From positions 12,418,986-12,482,985 of the forward strand of contig JAHRHZ010000140.1 in assembly GCA_024137785.1 (NCBI GenBank): a DNA stretch of 64,000 bases. Reading direction: 5' to 3'. Of the stretch, positions 48,136-61,429 are shown one piece after another. The position numbers and the translations under genes were made by a program. The first letter of the stretch is position 1; the number at the start of each line of letters is the position of its first letter. This DNA is from Ginglymostoma cirratum. Its lineage: Eukaryota. The notes under the pieces were generated by a model. That model saw only the letters and a program-made list of their open reading frames with translations. It was not told the origin of the DNA and searched no databases.

Positions 48136-48576
48136 CTGGAGGAAAAGGAAACAAAGCATTGATTAGTTCCACAACCTGTGCTTTGCTGTTATTTGCACAG
48201 GAAATGCTGCAGTACACTAAGGCTAACGGACTGGTTCAGGACAATCTCCTGCTTCAAACTTTATGTTTGCTGCCCTCTGCTGGAATACCAGAATCTCAGT
48301 AACTTCTCTCAATCTCTTATTTTTCACAGGAGACTGGACACTGATCCAACTGCAGTGAGTGCCTGATTAACAGTGGCTATATTTTGTATGACGAGCAAGT
48401 TTGGGATAGGTGTTGATGTAATAGAAATATTTCAGCAATACATAAGCCAATGAAGATAATTTGTAGGGCTCAACCATAAAGACTGGGCAGATTGAGCTAG
48501 AAAAGGTAACCTGTAAAGAGGTTTGATGGTAGACGTGAAAACATTTCTACGTGCAAGGAAGTCCAAAACTAGAGGA

Positions 48577-51225
48577 AACCCCCAGACCTCCCCCTTATTG
48601 AGGACGAACGGTCAGTCCTCAGTAAAGGGCTCACCTTTGTCCCCCTCCACCCACACATCAACGAATACCGCTCCCACTTGGACATTGAGCAGTTTTTCCG
48701 CCGCCTCCGTCTCCATGCTTACTACTTCAACCATGAACCTAACCCTCCCTTTACTGACCCCTTCTCCCTCCTCCAACACAAGCCCTCCTCCTGGACACCA
48801 CCCCAAGGCCTCCTACCCTCCCTTGACTTCTTCATCTCCAACTGCTGTCGAGACATCAATCGCCTCAACCTCTCCACCACTCTCACCCACTCTAACCTCT
48901 CCCCCTCCCCCGCAGAACGTGCAGCCCTCTGCTCCAATCCCAACCTCACCATAAAACCCGTGGACAAGGGAGGGGCAGTTGTAGTATGGTGCACTGACCT
49001 CGACATTGCTGAGGCCAGGCGCCAACTCTCCGACACCTCCTCTTACCGCCCCCTGGATCATGACCCCACCCCCGAGCACCAAACCATCATCTCCCAAACC
49101 ATCCACAACCTCATCACCTCAGGTGACCTCCAACCTCATCATTCCCCAACCCTGCACCGCCCGCTTCTATCTCCTTCCCAAAATCCACAAACCTGAATGC
49201 CCCGGTCGACCCTTTGTCTCCACCTGTTCCTGCCCCACCAAACTTATCTCCACCTACCTCGACTCCATTTTCTCCCCCTTGGTCCAGGAACTCCCTACCT
49301 ACGTCTATGACACCACCCAGGCCCTCCACCTCCTCCAGAACTTCCAATTCCCCAGTCCCCAGTACCTCATTTTTACTATGGACGTCCAGTCCCTATACAC
49401 CTGCATTCCCCATGCAGATGGCTTAAAGGCCCTCCGCTTCTTCCTGTCCCGCAGACCTGACCAGTCCCCCTCCACTGACACCCTCATCCGCTGAGCCGAA
49501 CCCGTCCTCACCCTCAACAACTTCTCTTTCAATTCCTCCTTTTTCCTACAGACAAAGGGGGTGGACATGGGTACCCACGTGGGCCCAAGCTATGCCTGCC
49601 TCTTTGTAGGTTACGTGGAACAATCCCTCTTCTGTACCTACACTGGCCCTAAACCCCACCTCTTCCTCCGTTACAGTGATGACTGTATCGGCGCCACCTC
49701 GTGCTCCCACAAGGAGCTCGAACAGTTCATTCACTTCACCAACACCTTCCACCCCAACCTGAAGTTCACCTGGACCTCTCTGTCTCCATCTCGGGTAACC
49801 ACCTAGAAACCGATATCCATTTCAAGCCCACCGACGCCCACAGCTACCTAGAATACACCTCCTCCCACCCACCTTCCTGCAAAAGATGCCATCCCCTATT
49901 CCCAATTCCTTCGCCTCCGCCGCATCTGCTCCCAGGATGAGGCATTCCACTCCCATACATCTCAGATGTCCTCGTTCTTCATGGACCACAACTTCACCCC
50001 GCAGTGGTCAAGAACGCCCTCGACCGTGTCTCCCGCATTTCCCGCAACTCATCCCTCACACCCCGTCCCCGCAATAACAACGAGAAAAGAATCCCCCTCG
50101 TCCTCACGTACCACCCCACCAACTCCGGATCCAACGCATCATCCTCCGACACTTCCACCATCTGCAATCCGACCCCACCACCAAAGACATTTTTCCCTCC
50201 CCACCCTTGTCTGCTTTCCGGAGGGACCACTCTCTTAGTGACTCCCTTGTCCGCTCAACACTCGGCACTTTTCCCTGCAACCACAGGAAGTGCTACACCT
50301 GCCCCCACACCTCCTCCCTCACCCCAATCCCAGGCCCCAAGAAAACTTTCCACATCAAGCAGATGTTCACCTGCACATCTGCCAATGTGGTATACTGCAT
50401 CCGCTGTACCCGTTGTGGCCTCCTCTACATCGGGGAAACCAAGCGGAGGCTTGGGGACCACTTTGCAGAACACCTGTGCTCGGTTCGCAACAAACAATTG
50501 CACCTCCCAGTCCTGAACCATTTCAACTCCCCCTCCCATTCCTCAGACGACATGTCCATCCTGGGCCTCCTGCAGTGCCACAATGATGCCACCCGAAGGC
50601 TGCAGGAACAGCAACTCATATTCAGCCTGGGAACCCTGCAGCCCAATGGTATCAATGTGGATTTCACAAGCTTCAAAATCTCCCCTTCCCCCAACCGCAT
50701 CCCAAAACCAGTCCAGCTCGTCCCTGACCTGCTGTGTTCATCCAGCCCCATGCTTGTTGTCCCTGCCTTCCTAACCTGTTCTTCCTCTCACCTATCCCCT
50801 CCTCCCACCTCAAGCCCCACCCCCATCTCCTAGCTACTAACATCATCCTGCCCCCTTGACCTGTCCGTCCTCCCTGGACTGACCTATCTNNNNNNNNNNN
50901 NNNNNNNNNNNNNNNNNNNNNNNNNNNNNNNNNNNNNNNNNNNNNNNNNNNNNNNNNNNNNNNNNNNNNNNNNNNNNNNNNNNNNNNNNCCAACCTACAC
51001 TCACCTTTACTGGCTCCATCCCCGCCTCTTTGACTTTTCTGTCTCCTCCCCACCTATCCTCTCCTCTATCCATCTTCTATCTGCCTCCCCCATTTCTGAT
51101 GAAGGGTCTCGGCCCGAAACGTCAAGCTTTCCTGCTCCTATGATGCTGCTTGGCCTGCTGTGTTCATCCAGCTCCACACCTTGTTATCTCGGATTCTCCA
51201 GCATCTGCAGTTTCTATTATTTCTG
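48577..51225 (+). mobile_element. Near full-length Penelope-like retrotransposon (RT + GIY-YIG endonuclease), disrupted by frameshifts and stops
   Basis: ERSVLSKGLTFVP; KPVDKGGAVVVW; FYLLPKIHKP..PGRP; TMDVQSLYTCIPH; QTKGV.MGTHVGPSYACLFVG; RYSDDC; HFKPTDAHSYL; VVYCIRCTRCGLLYIGETKRRLGDHFAEH; 3' hammerhead and terminal tail. Confidence 0.95.
51093..51127 (+). ncRNA. Minimal type I hammerhead ribozyme motif with intact core; predicted cleavage after GUC at 51123
   Basis: ttt-CTGATGA-A-GGGTctcgGCCC-GAAA-C-GTC-aag. Confidence 0.75.
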
Positions 51226-52780
51226 CCATAAACATCAGGTTTTTTTTTTCATGGGATGTGGGTGTCACTGGTATTATTGCTCATCTTTCTAAATGTACTT
51301 GAATGGATGGCTTGCTAGGCTATTCCAGAAAATAGCTAAAAGTCTACTACATTGCTGTAGTCACATTTTGGCCAGATCAGGTAAAAGCATATTTCCTCCC
51401 CTAAAAGATATTACAGAACCAGATAAGTGTTTATGATAATCGATATTAGTTCCATTGTCACCATTCCTCAAACTAACTTTCAATTTCACACCTTTATTAA
51501 GTTTCCACCTCCTAGTGTAGTAGAATTTAAATTTGTATCCCCAGAGCATGCCACCATCTCCCGAACATCATGAAATAATCTAATTGGACTTTCAAATAAA
51601 GCTTCTTTACTCAGAGAGTCATATAATGTGCATCTCACCTCTAGAGGGAGGAAACTGAACCCATGGTGTTGGTGTCACTCTGCATTGCAAATAAGTCACC
51701 TAGCCAATTCAGCTAACCGAGCCAACATCTGAGCATACCATGAAGGACCCTCTTCCTCAATCAAGACATGGTGGCCCTCAGGTTTTCACCACCAGTCATC
51801 TCTCTCTCAAGAGCGAGCAGTCTATGAAATGGTAGAACTATGGTGAATTTACCAGAAGGAGTAACTGAAGTGAGTGGATAGGTGTAGTTAAGAGTAGGTA
51901 GGTAAACATCAGAGAGAAAGAAATGGAGGTTCGGTTGATAAAATGAGGTGTAGTGGGGCGGGAGGAGGTTTGTGTGGAGTATAAGCACCGTCATGGACCT
52001 ACTGGACTGAATGGCCTGATGTCATTTGATAACCTCATTGTTTGATATTACATAACCATTAGAGAGGCTGGAAAGACATCATCTATTAGCTATAAATGGA
52101 AGCTGTGTTGTTGGGCCAGTTTCCTGTGCCTGATTAGAGGAAATTGTGGATAACGGAGGGATCAGGATCAGGAGAATCATTCTCCGAAAGTCATGAAGCT
52201 TGGCGGTATTTTCTGACCAGATTCGTGCATGAAGAATGTGCACATCTACACAGTAACCAAACAGACAAAGATGCATTTTTTGAAGTATTGTCACTGTTGT
52301 AATTTAGCAACATTCAAGACAATTTACACACGCAAGTTCCTCCAAGAGCAATAAGATATTAACCATACAACCTGTTTCTGTGATGGTGATTAAGGTACAA
52401 ACATTGGTCCAGGTATGGCCCTCCACACTACTATACAAAATAGTGCCATGGGGATCTTTTACAACTACATGAGAAGGCAGGTGGGGCCTTGGTTTACACT
52501 TAATTTGAAAGATAACAGCAAAATTGTGCAGTGCTTCATCAGTGCATCACTGAGAGTGCTAAATGGATTATGTGCTAAAGGCTCTAGAGTGAGACTTGAA
52601 CCCACGATCCCATTAACGGAAGTAACAGAGTGTTATCCCGTTCAGTTACAGCTGGCTCTGACAAAATGGCATTCAGGATGAAGCACCAATGGATGGTCAG
52701 TACTCTTAGAAAAGATGGTGATAGGGTGCTGGAAAGCCAGAGAACATTAACATTCTTGGCATAAGCTGGACCAACCTTAC

Positions 52781-52922
52781 CTGTAGACTCTTTGTCTGCC
52801 TCTTGTCCCAGAGACGCACAACACCATAGCGGGATGAGCCACTGGCAATCATGAAGTTTCCATCTGTCTGCAAGCAGTACAGTGCACTGTCATGAGGTTC
52901 TTCCCATTCCATCACACTGCGT
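52781..52922 (-). CDS. FBXW4: FBXW4 (dactylin) penultimate coding exon, WD40
   Basis: ttgcag|ACGCAGT ... CTACAG|GTAAGG; SVMEWEEPHDSALYCLQTDGNFMIASGSSRYGVVRLWDKRQ resembles human CVMEWEEPHDSTLYCLQTDGNHLLATGSSYYGVVRLWDRRQ. Confidence 0.94.
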
Positions 52923-55699
52923 CTGCAACAGAAGAGACAGATTAGAACAGTGATTGCATGACATCCAGTACTGACAGAAGAGATGGCAAAACTGCTGATC
53001 TCATAAGCACCACATGTTTTTGTAAGCACCTGAAATATACCGCTACTGTTCGACACAATGTATTTATGAACGGTGAATAAAAAATAGAAAAAAGAGTAAA
53101 GGGAAAGGGAGACATTGGGAAAGAAAAAAACAAACATGATGAGCAAGTTTTTATGTGGTTTCTGAAGGAAAATACAAGGGGTTGATGAGAGGTCTGGGCT
53201 TTTGGGAGAAAGAATGAGCTTTCATTCCCACAGTGACTTTCATTACTTTGGGACATCGCAAAGTGCATTTCAGTCTAATAAGTACTTTGAAGCACATCAT
53301 TGTTGTAAGGTCGAAAGCTTGCCAGCAAAAGTATGCTCAAAATCTCACAAATGACAATGCCATAATGGCAAAGTAATCTTTTGATTATGTTTTTCAAAGG
53401 ATAATTTCTGGCCCAGGGTACTCTATGCATCTTCCTTCAGTCTAAAAATAACCATTCACCATTACTGTCTGTTTCCTGTCACTTAGCCAACATGCTTTTA
53501 CTTCATGGGGTTCAGCTTTGCAGGGATGTATATTATGTGGCACTTTATCAAAACTGTTTGGAAATCCATAAGCATCATGCAAACCATAATCCCACTGTGA
53601 ATCAATGAACGACTGATTCTCTACTAAAGTAATTCTCTCTCTCATCAAGGGCAATCAGTCTTGGATGACAAATTCTGGCTTTGTAAGTGATGGCCATGCT
53701 GCATACAATTTTTAAAAAGTTCTCTCCTCCTCCACTCACCTTCAAACATTTAATTCCCCTTCTCAACAGACATCAATCCAAGTCTTTTCAACAATGATGA
53801 CTAATGCAAGTCTCATACCTTAGCTACGTTTGGCCCCTGTGCTTGTTGTCCAGGGTTGGTAGCTGTTTTATGATTCATCTCACATGTTTCATTGTTTTAA
53901 GCACCTGTGTTATGGGTGGGCAGAGGAGGACAATCATAATACAGTAGGGAGGGTAGCCACTCACCCCAACATGCCTATGCCAGCTTTTCGAAAGAGCTTT
54001 TCAATTAGTTTCTTTCCTTTGCGCTTTCCATTAATTTTTTTCCATTTCACACAATTGTCCAATTCACTTTTGAAAGTTATTATTAAAATCTGCTTTCACT
54101 GCCCTTTCCACCAGCACATTCCAGATCCCAGCTCCTCGTTCTGTCATGAGGAAGCCATCTTCCTCATTGTGACTTTGTGGGGTGGGTGGGTGTATGTTTG
54201 TTTAGGGGTGTATGGAAGGAAATGAACAGCAAATATGCATAATGAAAACCACTGGCAGTATAAGGCAGCTCAGCGATTCAAACTATCTCAGTGTTGATGA
54301 AGACAGCCTCATTAACTTGGAGGATTCAGCTGACAGTGCAGTACAGTCACAGGATCACTGCTGTGTTTACTATGAATGCTGGAGATTAAGTGAGTATCGA
54401 CAGAGCTGTAGACTATGCAAGAAACCATTAAAAAGCTGCTGAGTCCATTAAAGCATTCTCAACCAGGGATAGTCTAATTCTTCTCCTTGCTGTATTTATT
54501 CATTCATCCTTAGAATATAAGCATCAATAGCAAGATCAGCATTTATTGCCTATCCCTAATTGTCCCTACTTAGTTGGTTTTACAAGTTGATAAAGGACTA
54601 ACATCTTGCAGTCTAGCTGATAAAGTTACTCTTGAAGTGCTGTTAGAGAGTGATTCAAGGCTCTAACCCAGTGAAGACGAATGATGGTGGAGGTGGTGGT
54701 GTCCCACACATATGCTACCCTTGTTGTTCTAGGCAGATGGTTACCTCCACAACATTGCCCAATTCTGCACCTACTTCAGGTAATTGACAGCTGAAACCCT
54801 CATACATCCCTTGCTATCAAGATACAATTGTTCCAATGTACTCCTAGTTGACCTTCCAAATTCTATACCCTCCCTGCAAATTACTCATAATTTTGCTGCA
54901 TGTGTCCTAATTCCCATCAAGTCCCATTTGTCCATCACTCCTGTATTTACCAATTTGACTCCCAGTTTTGCAAATATAGTACTTTGATTTTAAAATCACT
55001 CACCCTTCTTTGTAAATTTCTCCAGCCTTAAGACGTCCTGAGATATCTAATGCTCTGCCAATTCAGGTCTCTTCAGAATCTCTGAATACGATCAATCCAG
55101 GAATGGTGGCCATGTTTTCAGCTGCCTAGACTCCAAGCCTTGGAATTCACTCCCTAAATCCCTAGATCCCCTTTCCTCCTTAAAGACACTTCTTAAAACC
55201 TACTTCATTTGACCACGTTGCTCTGTGTCAAACTTTGTTTGGTAATGTTTGTTGAAAGCCAGGAATGCCTTATTACGTTAAGGGTGCTATCCATAAACAG
55301 GTCATTTCTGTTGTTGTTTACATGGTTCAATTAAAGCAGCCTTGGTAAGTTTCTCCAAGAGACCTGGTAGATGGAACACACTGATGCAGTGAGAGTGCAA
55401 TGTTGGTGGAAGGAGTGGGTGCTCAAGGTGCTGAATGGAATGCCAATCAAATAGATCACAGAATTGTTATGGTGCAAAATGAGGCCATTTGGCCCTTTGA
55501 GCCTGCACTGGTTCTATTAATTACTGCCAATCTACTCCTATTCCCCCATATCCTTGCACACTACTTCTATCCAAACAACAATCCAATGCCATTGCGAATG
55601 CCTCAATTAAACCTGCCTCCACCACCTTGCCAGGCTGTGTATTCTTTACCCTAAGTACTTGCTGTGTGAAACCATTTCTTCTCACGTCACTCTTGCTGA

Positions 55700-57525
55700 T
55701 CAAGTGTATTCCAGGATGTTGAGGGAAGTTAGGGAAGAAATTGCAGCGTCCCCTAGCAGAGATATTTGTATTACCTTTAGCCACGGATGAGGTGCCAAGG
55801 AATGTTGTGCCGTTTATTAAAGAAGGCTGTAAACAGACGCCTGGGAACTACAGACTGGTGAGTCTGACATCAGTGGTGGATAAATTGTTGGAGGTAATTT
55901 TGAGAGTTAGGATTTATGTCCATTTGGAGAGGCAAGGACTGCTTAGGGTAGTCAGCATGGCTTTGTGCGTGGGAAATCGTGTCTTGCAAACTTGATTGAC
56001 TTTTTTGAGGATGTAACCAAAAAGATTCTTGAGGGCAGAGCGGTAACACTATCTACATGGACTTTTGTAAAGCTTTTGACAAGGTTCCTTATAGTAGACT
56101 ATTTAGCAAGGTTAGATCACATGGAATACACAGAGAACTAGCAATTTGGATACAGAACTGGCTCGAAAGTAGGAGACAGAGTGGTGGTGGAGGGTTGTTT
56201 TTTGGACTAGAGGCCAAGACCAGCAGAGTTCTGCAGAGATTGGTGCTGGATCCACTGTTGTTTGTCATTTATATAAATGATTTGGATGAGAATTTAGGAG
56301 GCATGGTAAGTAAGTTTGTGGATGACACCAAAATTGGTGGTACAGTCAACAGTGTAGGTGGTTATCGGATATTACAAAGGGATCTTGATCAATTGGGCCA
56401 ATGGGCTGAGTAGCAGATGGTTTAATTTGGATAAATGTTAGGTATTGCATTCTGGTAAAATAAACACAGCGCAGGACTAATACAGTTAATGGCAGGCCCT
56501 GGATAATGTTATCAAACAGAGGAACCCAGGAGTTCAGGTACATAGTGTTTTGAAAGCTGAATCGCAGTTAGACAGGATGGTTAAGAAGGCATTTATCACA
56601 CTTACCTTCATTGCTTATATCAATGAGTTTAGGCGTTAGGATATCATGTTGAGGTTGTACAAGACATTTGTGAGGGCACTTTTGGAGTACTGTGTACAGT
56701 TCTGGGTGCCCTGCTATTGGAAGGAAATAACTAAACTGAAGAGCGTTTCAGAAAAGATTTACCAGGATGTTAACGGGACTGGAGGGTTTGAGTTGTAAGG
56801 ACAGGCTGGAGCATAGGAGGTTGATGGGTGAGCTTATAGAAGTTTATAAAATAATGAGGAGTATAGATAGAGTAAATGGTAGTTGTCTTTACCCTAGGAT
56901 GGGGGATTTCAACAACAGGGGGCATATTTTTAAAATGAGAGGAGAAAGATTTTAAAATGACACGCGGGGCAAATCTTTTTACACAGAGGGTGGTTCGCGT
57001 GTGGAATGAACTTCTTGAGGAATTGGTGGATGTGGATACAATTACAATGTTTAAAAGACATTTGGATAAGTGCATGAATAAGAAAAGTTTGAAGGGATAT
57101 GCTCCAGGAGTAGGCAGGTGGGACTAGTTAGTTTGGGATTATGTTTGGCGTGGACCGGTTGGAATGAAGTGTGTGATTCTATGAGGGGTATAGATAAGGT
57201 GAATAGGAAAGGTCTTTTCCCTGGAGGCTGGGGTGTTCAAAACCAAAGGGGCATATTTTTAAGCTGCGAGGAGAAAGATTTAAAAGGGACCTGAGGGGCA
57301 ACCTTTTCACCGAGTGGTTTGTATGTGGAATGAACTGCCAGAGAAAGTGGTAGATGCAGGTATAGTTACAACAATTAAAATTCATTTGGACATGTACACG
57401 AGTAGGAAAAGTTTAGAGGGGTATGAGCCAAATGCAGACAAGTGGGACAGTTTGGTTTGGGAAACTTGATTGGCATGGACGTGTTGGATCAAAGGGTCTG
57501 TTTCGTGCTATATGACTCTATGCTA
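55700..57525 (+). mobile_element. CR1 LINE ORF2 fragment followed by a second CR1 3' end
   Basis: PGNYRLVSLTSVVDKLLE; MDFCKAFDKVP; LLFVIYINDLDE..KFVDDTKIGG; 3' tail repeated at 57180-57525. Confidence 0.9.
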
Positions 57526-58269
57526 CATTTTCACATCACGTTAAATCTACGCTTTCATTCTTTTTCTCTTTTGAACGGGAACAATGTTTTCCCATCTACT
57601 CTGGAGTACTTTGAACTGATTGATATTCAGCTCCTTTAGTGTTGTTGGAGCTGAATTCATCCAAGCAAATGAAGAGTATTTCGTCATTTCACATGATGGT
57701 GGAGGGACTTTGCGAAATCAAGAGGTGAGTCACTTGCCACAGAATGCAATGGTTCTGACCTGTTCAATATGGACAAATTCCAGCTTTTACTATTCAGTGG
57801 AAAGGAGTAGGGAGCCAATACAGAACATCGCTTCATCATAGGTATCTAAACAGCAGAAAGACTCTGGTTCAAGCTTGGTCTGTGTTTTGTCAGAGATTTG
57901 AAATAAGTTGGGCAGTAAGGAACACTACACTGGATCCTCCACGTCCTCAACCATCTCTATCTCTGCAATGCCTCCCAGCTCTGCATACCCTCAAGATTTC
58001 TCTACTCCTGTACTCTGGCCTCTTTCATCATCACAATCCCCATTGCTCAATCAGTGATAGACAGGATTTCAGTGCCTGGGCCGTAAGCTCTGGAATTCCA
58101 TCCACAAACCTCTCTGAATCTCTGCTCTTTTCAGATAGTCTTTCAAATTCAACTCAATGAACACTTGGTCACCTGGTCTTATGTTTCCTGTGGCTCAGTG
58201 TCAATTTTACATTGATAATCGTTCTTATGAGGCAGATTAAAAGTGCTATACAGTTACAAACTTTTTTGC

Positions 58270-58670
58270 ATCTAATCTCATGCTGCATCTGCCTTGGGAG
58301 TGTTTGATGAGGTCACTGTGGAAAGAGCTTTACTCTGTATCCAGCCCTGTGCTGTACCTGTCCTAGGAATGTTTGACGACGACAAAGTCGAGGACGCTTT
58401 ACTTACAGTTTACTTTCAGTTTAAAAGGATAGAGAAAGCTTTACTCTTTATTTAAGCCTGTGCTGGGAGTGTTCAATAAGACACTGTGGACAGAGCTTTA
58501 CTCTATATCTAACCCCGGGCTGTTTCTGTCCTGGGAACATTGAACGGGGACAGTTAGATTCAGAGGGACCTTTACCCTGTATCTAACCCAGTGCTGTATC
58601 TGTTTTGGGAGTGTATGTTGGAGACAGTGTAGAGGGTGATTTACTCTGTATCTAACCTGTAACATACTGT
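58270..58670 (+). repeat. Degenerate ~65-70 bp tandem repeat (agagctttactctgtatctaaccc..gtgctgt..ctgggagtgtttg..gacagtgtagaggg), about 5-6 units
   Basis: Units seen directly; dispersed short arrays also at ~18570-18800(-), 41680-41800(-) and 47025-47130(+). Confidence 0.8.
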
Positions 58671-58749
58671 CAGTGTTTTCCACTACCTCACAACCAATAT
58701 TTGCTAATCTGGTGAACATACGGAAATACTTCAAGCACATTTGTATAAT

Positions 58750-60245
58750 GTCAGCAGTGGGTAAGTTGTTGGAGGAGATTCTGAGAGACAGGATCTGCAT
58801 GTATTTGGAAAGGCAAGGACTGATTAGGGATAGTCAGCATGGCTGTGTGTGTGGGAAACTGTGCCTCACAATTTTATTTAATTTTTTAAAGAGGTGGCCA
58901 AGAAGATAGATGAAGGCAAAATGGTAGACGTTATCTATATGGACTTCAGCAATGCGTTCGACAAGGTTCTACATGGTAGACTGGTTAGTAAGGTTAGGTC
59001 ACATGGGATCCAAGAAGAGCTAGCCCAATTGGATACAAAATTGGCTTGATGGTGGAGTCAGAGGGTGGTGGTAGGGAGTTGTTGTTCAGACTGGAGGCCT
59101 GAGACCAAGAGTGTGCCACAAGGATGAGCGCTGGGTCGACTGTTCATTTTTTATATAAATGATTTAGATGAGAACTAAGGAAGCATTTTTAGTAAGTTTG
59201 TGGATGACACCAAAATTACAATGAAGAAGGTTACCTAAGATTACAACGGGATCTTGATCAAATGTGCCAGTTGGCCGAGGAGTGGCAGATGCTGTTTAAT
59301 TCAGATAAATGCAAGGTGTTGCATTTTGCTAAGACAAACCAGGGCAGGAATTACACAGTTAGTTAATGGTCAGGCTCTGGAAGGTGTTTTCAAACAGAAA
59401 GACCTAGGGGTGAATGGTACATAGTTCCTTGAAAGTGGTGTCATGGTGGTGAAGGCGGCATCTGGTACGCTTGCCTTCATCAGTCACAGCGGTGAATATG
59501 GAGTTGGGATGCCATATTACAACTGTACAAGACATTGGTAAGGCCACATTTGGAGTATTGCACACAATTCTGGGTGCCCTTCTATAGGAGGGATATTGTT
59601 AAACTTGAGAGAGTGCAGAAAAGATTTACAAGGATGTTGCTGGACTGGACGGTTTGAGCTATAGGAAGAGGTGGAAAAGACTGGGGCTATTTTCTCCGGA
59701 ACGTCGGAGGCTAGTGGTGACCTCATGAAGATTTATAAAATCATTACAAGCATTGAATAGGGTGAATAGGGTCTTTTTCCTATGGCAGGGGAGTCCAAAA
59801 CTAAAGGGCACAAATTTAAGGTGAGGCGAGGAAGATTTAAAAAAAGGACTGAGGGGCAACTTTTTCATGCAGAGGCGTGAACGGAATGAGCTGCCAGAGG
59901 AAGTGGTGAAGGTGGATACAATTACAACATTTAAAAGGCATCTGGACGGGCATATGAATAGACAGGGTTTAGAGAGATATGGGCCAAATCCCGGCAAATG
60001 GGACAAGGTCAGGTCGGGACATCTGGTCGGTGCAGACGAGTTGGTCCAAAGGGTCTGTTTCTGTGCTGTGCGAATCTATAAGTCTATGGTAGAAGTGAGC
60101 AAAAGACATTTTGAAAGCCGGGTGGATAGAAAAGATTTAGTGGGATATGGGCCAAACACAAGCAAATGAGACTTGTTTATTTTAGGAAACTTGGTCAGCA
60201 TGGATGACTTGGACCGAAGGGCCTGTTTCCGTGCTGTATGATACA
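58750..60245 (+). mobile_element. CR1 LINE ORF2 fragment with duplicated 3' end
   Basis: SAVGKLLEEILRDRI..DSQHG; YMDFSNAFDKV; KFVDDTKI; LVRPHLEYC; NELPEEVV. Confidence 0.9.
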
Positions 60246-61429
60246 GTACTGAATCTGTACAATTTTCACAATAATGCATGTGCATTTCCAGCTGTCGCAT
60301 TGACTTTTATTGCCACAAGATGGCAACAGTATCCCACAGGACAGACATGTTACATTTAAACTGGAGCTGAACTGTCCATAGGCTGTTCAGGTGAACCCGT
60401 ACCTCTGCACTGTCATCTGGCTTTGTTCTGCCATCAGACTCTGCTCATATTTGCTCTCTCTTTGGTGTGACATATCAATTCAGAAAATAATTCTTCCAGA
60501 TTTACAGTCTTAGTTAATAATATTCTCCAGCTCCAATTCAGACATATTCCTTACAAAAATGCCAATTCCTTAGGACTGGCTCTCAGGGCTCGTTAGTTTG
60601 GACCATGAGAGCAGTCTGCTATCAGAGTTAGAGGCTTCTAAATTCAAACCCTGCTCCAGGGCCTGAAAATGTAATCACCGCTGACACTGCAGCCAGCATC
60701 GATAAAATTCTGTTGCACCAGGACTTCTTTCCTTTATGTGGGACTTGGAAACTGAGCACAGTTTATAATTTTGGCATATTACAAACGAGTGTTGTTGGCA
60801 ACACAGAAGTACGCTCCAACTCCTAACTGCCTATGAAAAGATGGTAATGAACTGCCACTTTTAAACTTCTGCAGTCCTCAGGAGCGTAGAGACACCCAAG
60901 TGTTGTTAGGGAGAAAATTCCAGGATTTTGAACCAATGTCAATGAAGGAATGGTGATATAGTTCTAAGTCGGAACAGTGAGTGGCTTGGCAATGAACTTG
61001 TGATTTTTCCATGTATCTGCTGCCTTCCTCCTTTAGATGGTAAAGACTAAGTGTTTGGAAGGAACAGCTTCACAATAGCACTAATATAAACCACAGTAAG
61101 TAGAACATCATCTTGGCTTGATAGCAGCAGCTTCTCAATGGAGAATACCACTCAGACTGCTACTGCATGGTAGAAGTGTGAAACTGCTAGCTTCATCTGC
61201 TGCTGTAATGTTTTGAAACACCTGGGTTATCCGAGACAGACTGGGCACTTTTCAGGAATGAAAGTAGCAGCCTGAGGCTAATTCATACATTTGTGTGATA
61301 TGCACTGAGTAATGCTCTGATCTGGGTAGCTGTTAACCAAAGTGTGTCCCAGGAATTACACTAACAATCAGTTTAAAATTCCCAGTCAGGCTTATTATGT
61401 GGTGCTCTTGCAAATGCTAGAAGATAGAA

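Noticed and set aside
48017-48217. ORF with a QQQQ tract listed over the FBXW4 last exon
   Set aside because: Wrong frame; the spliced FBXW4 frame reads SSSSPVYCLRF.
58270-58670. CRISPR-like periodicity
   Set aside because: Eukaryotic locus, whole units are homologous, no unique spacers, no cas genes.
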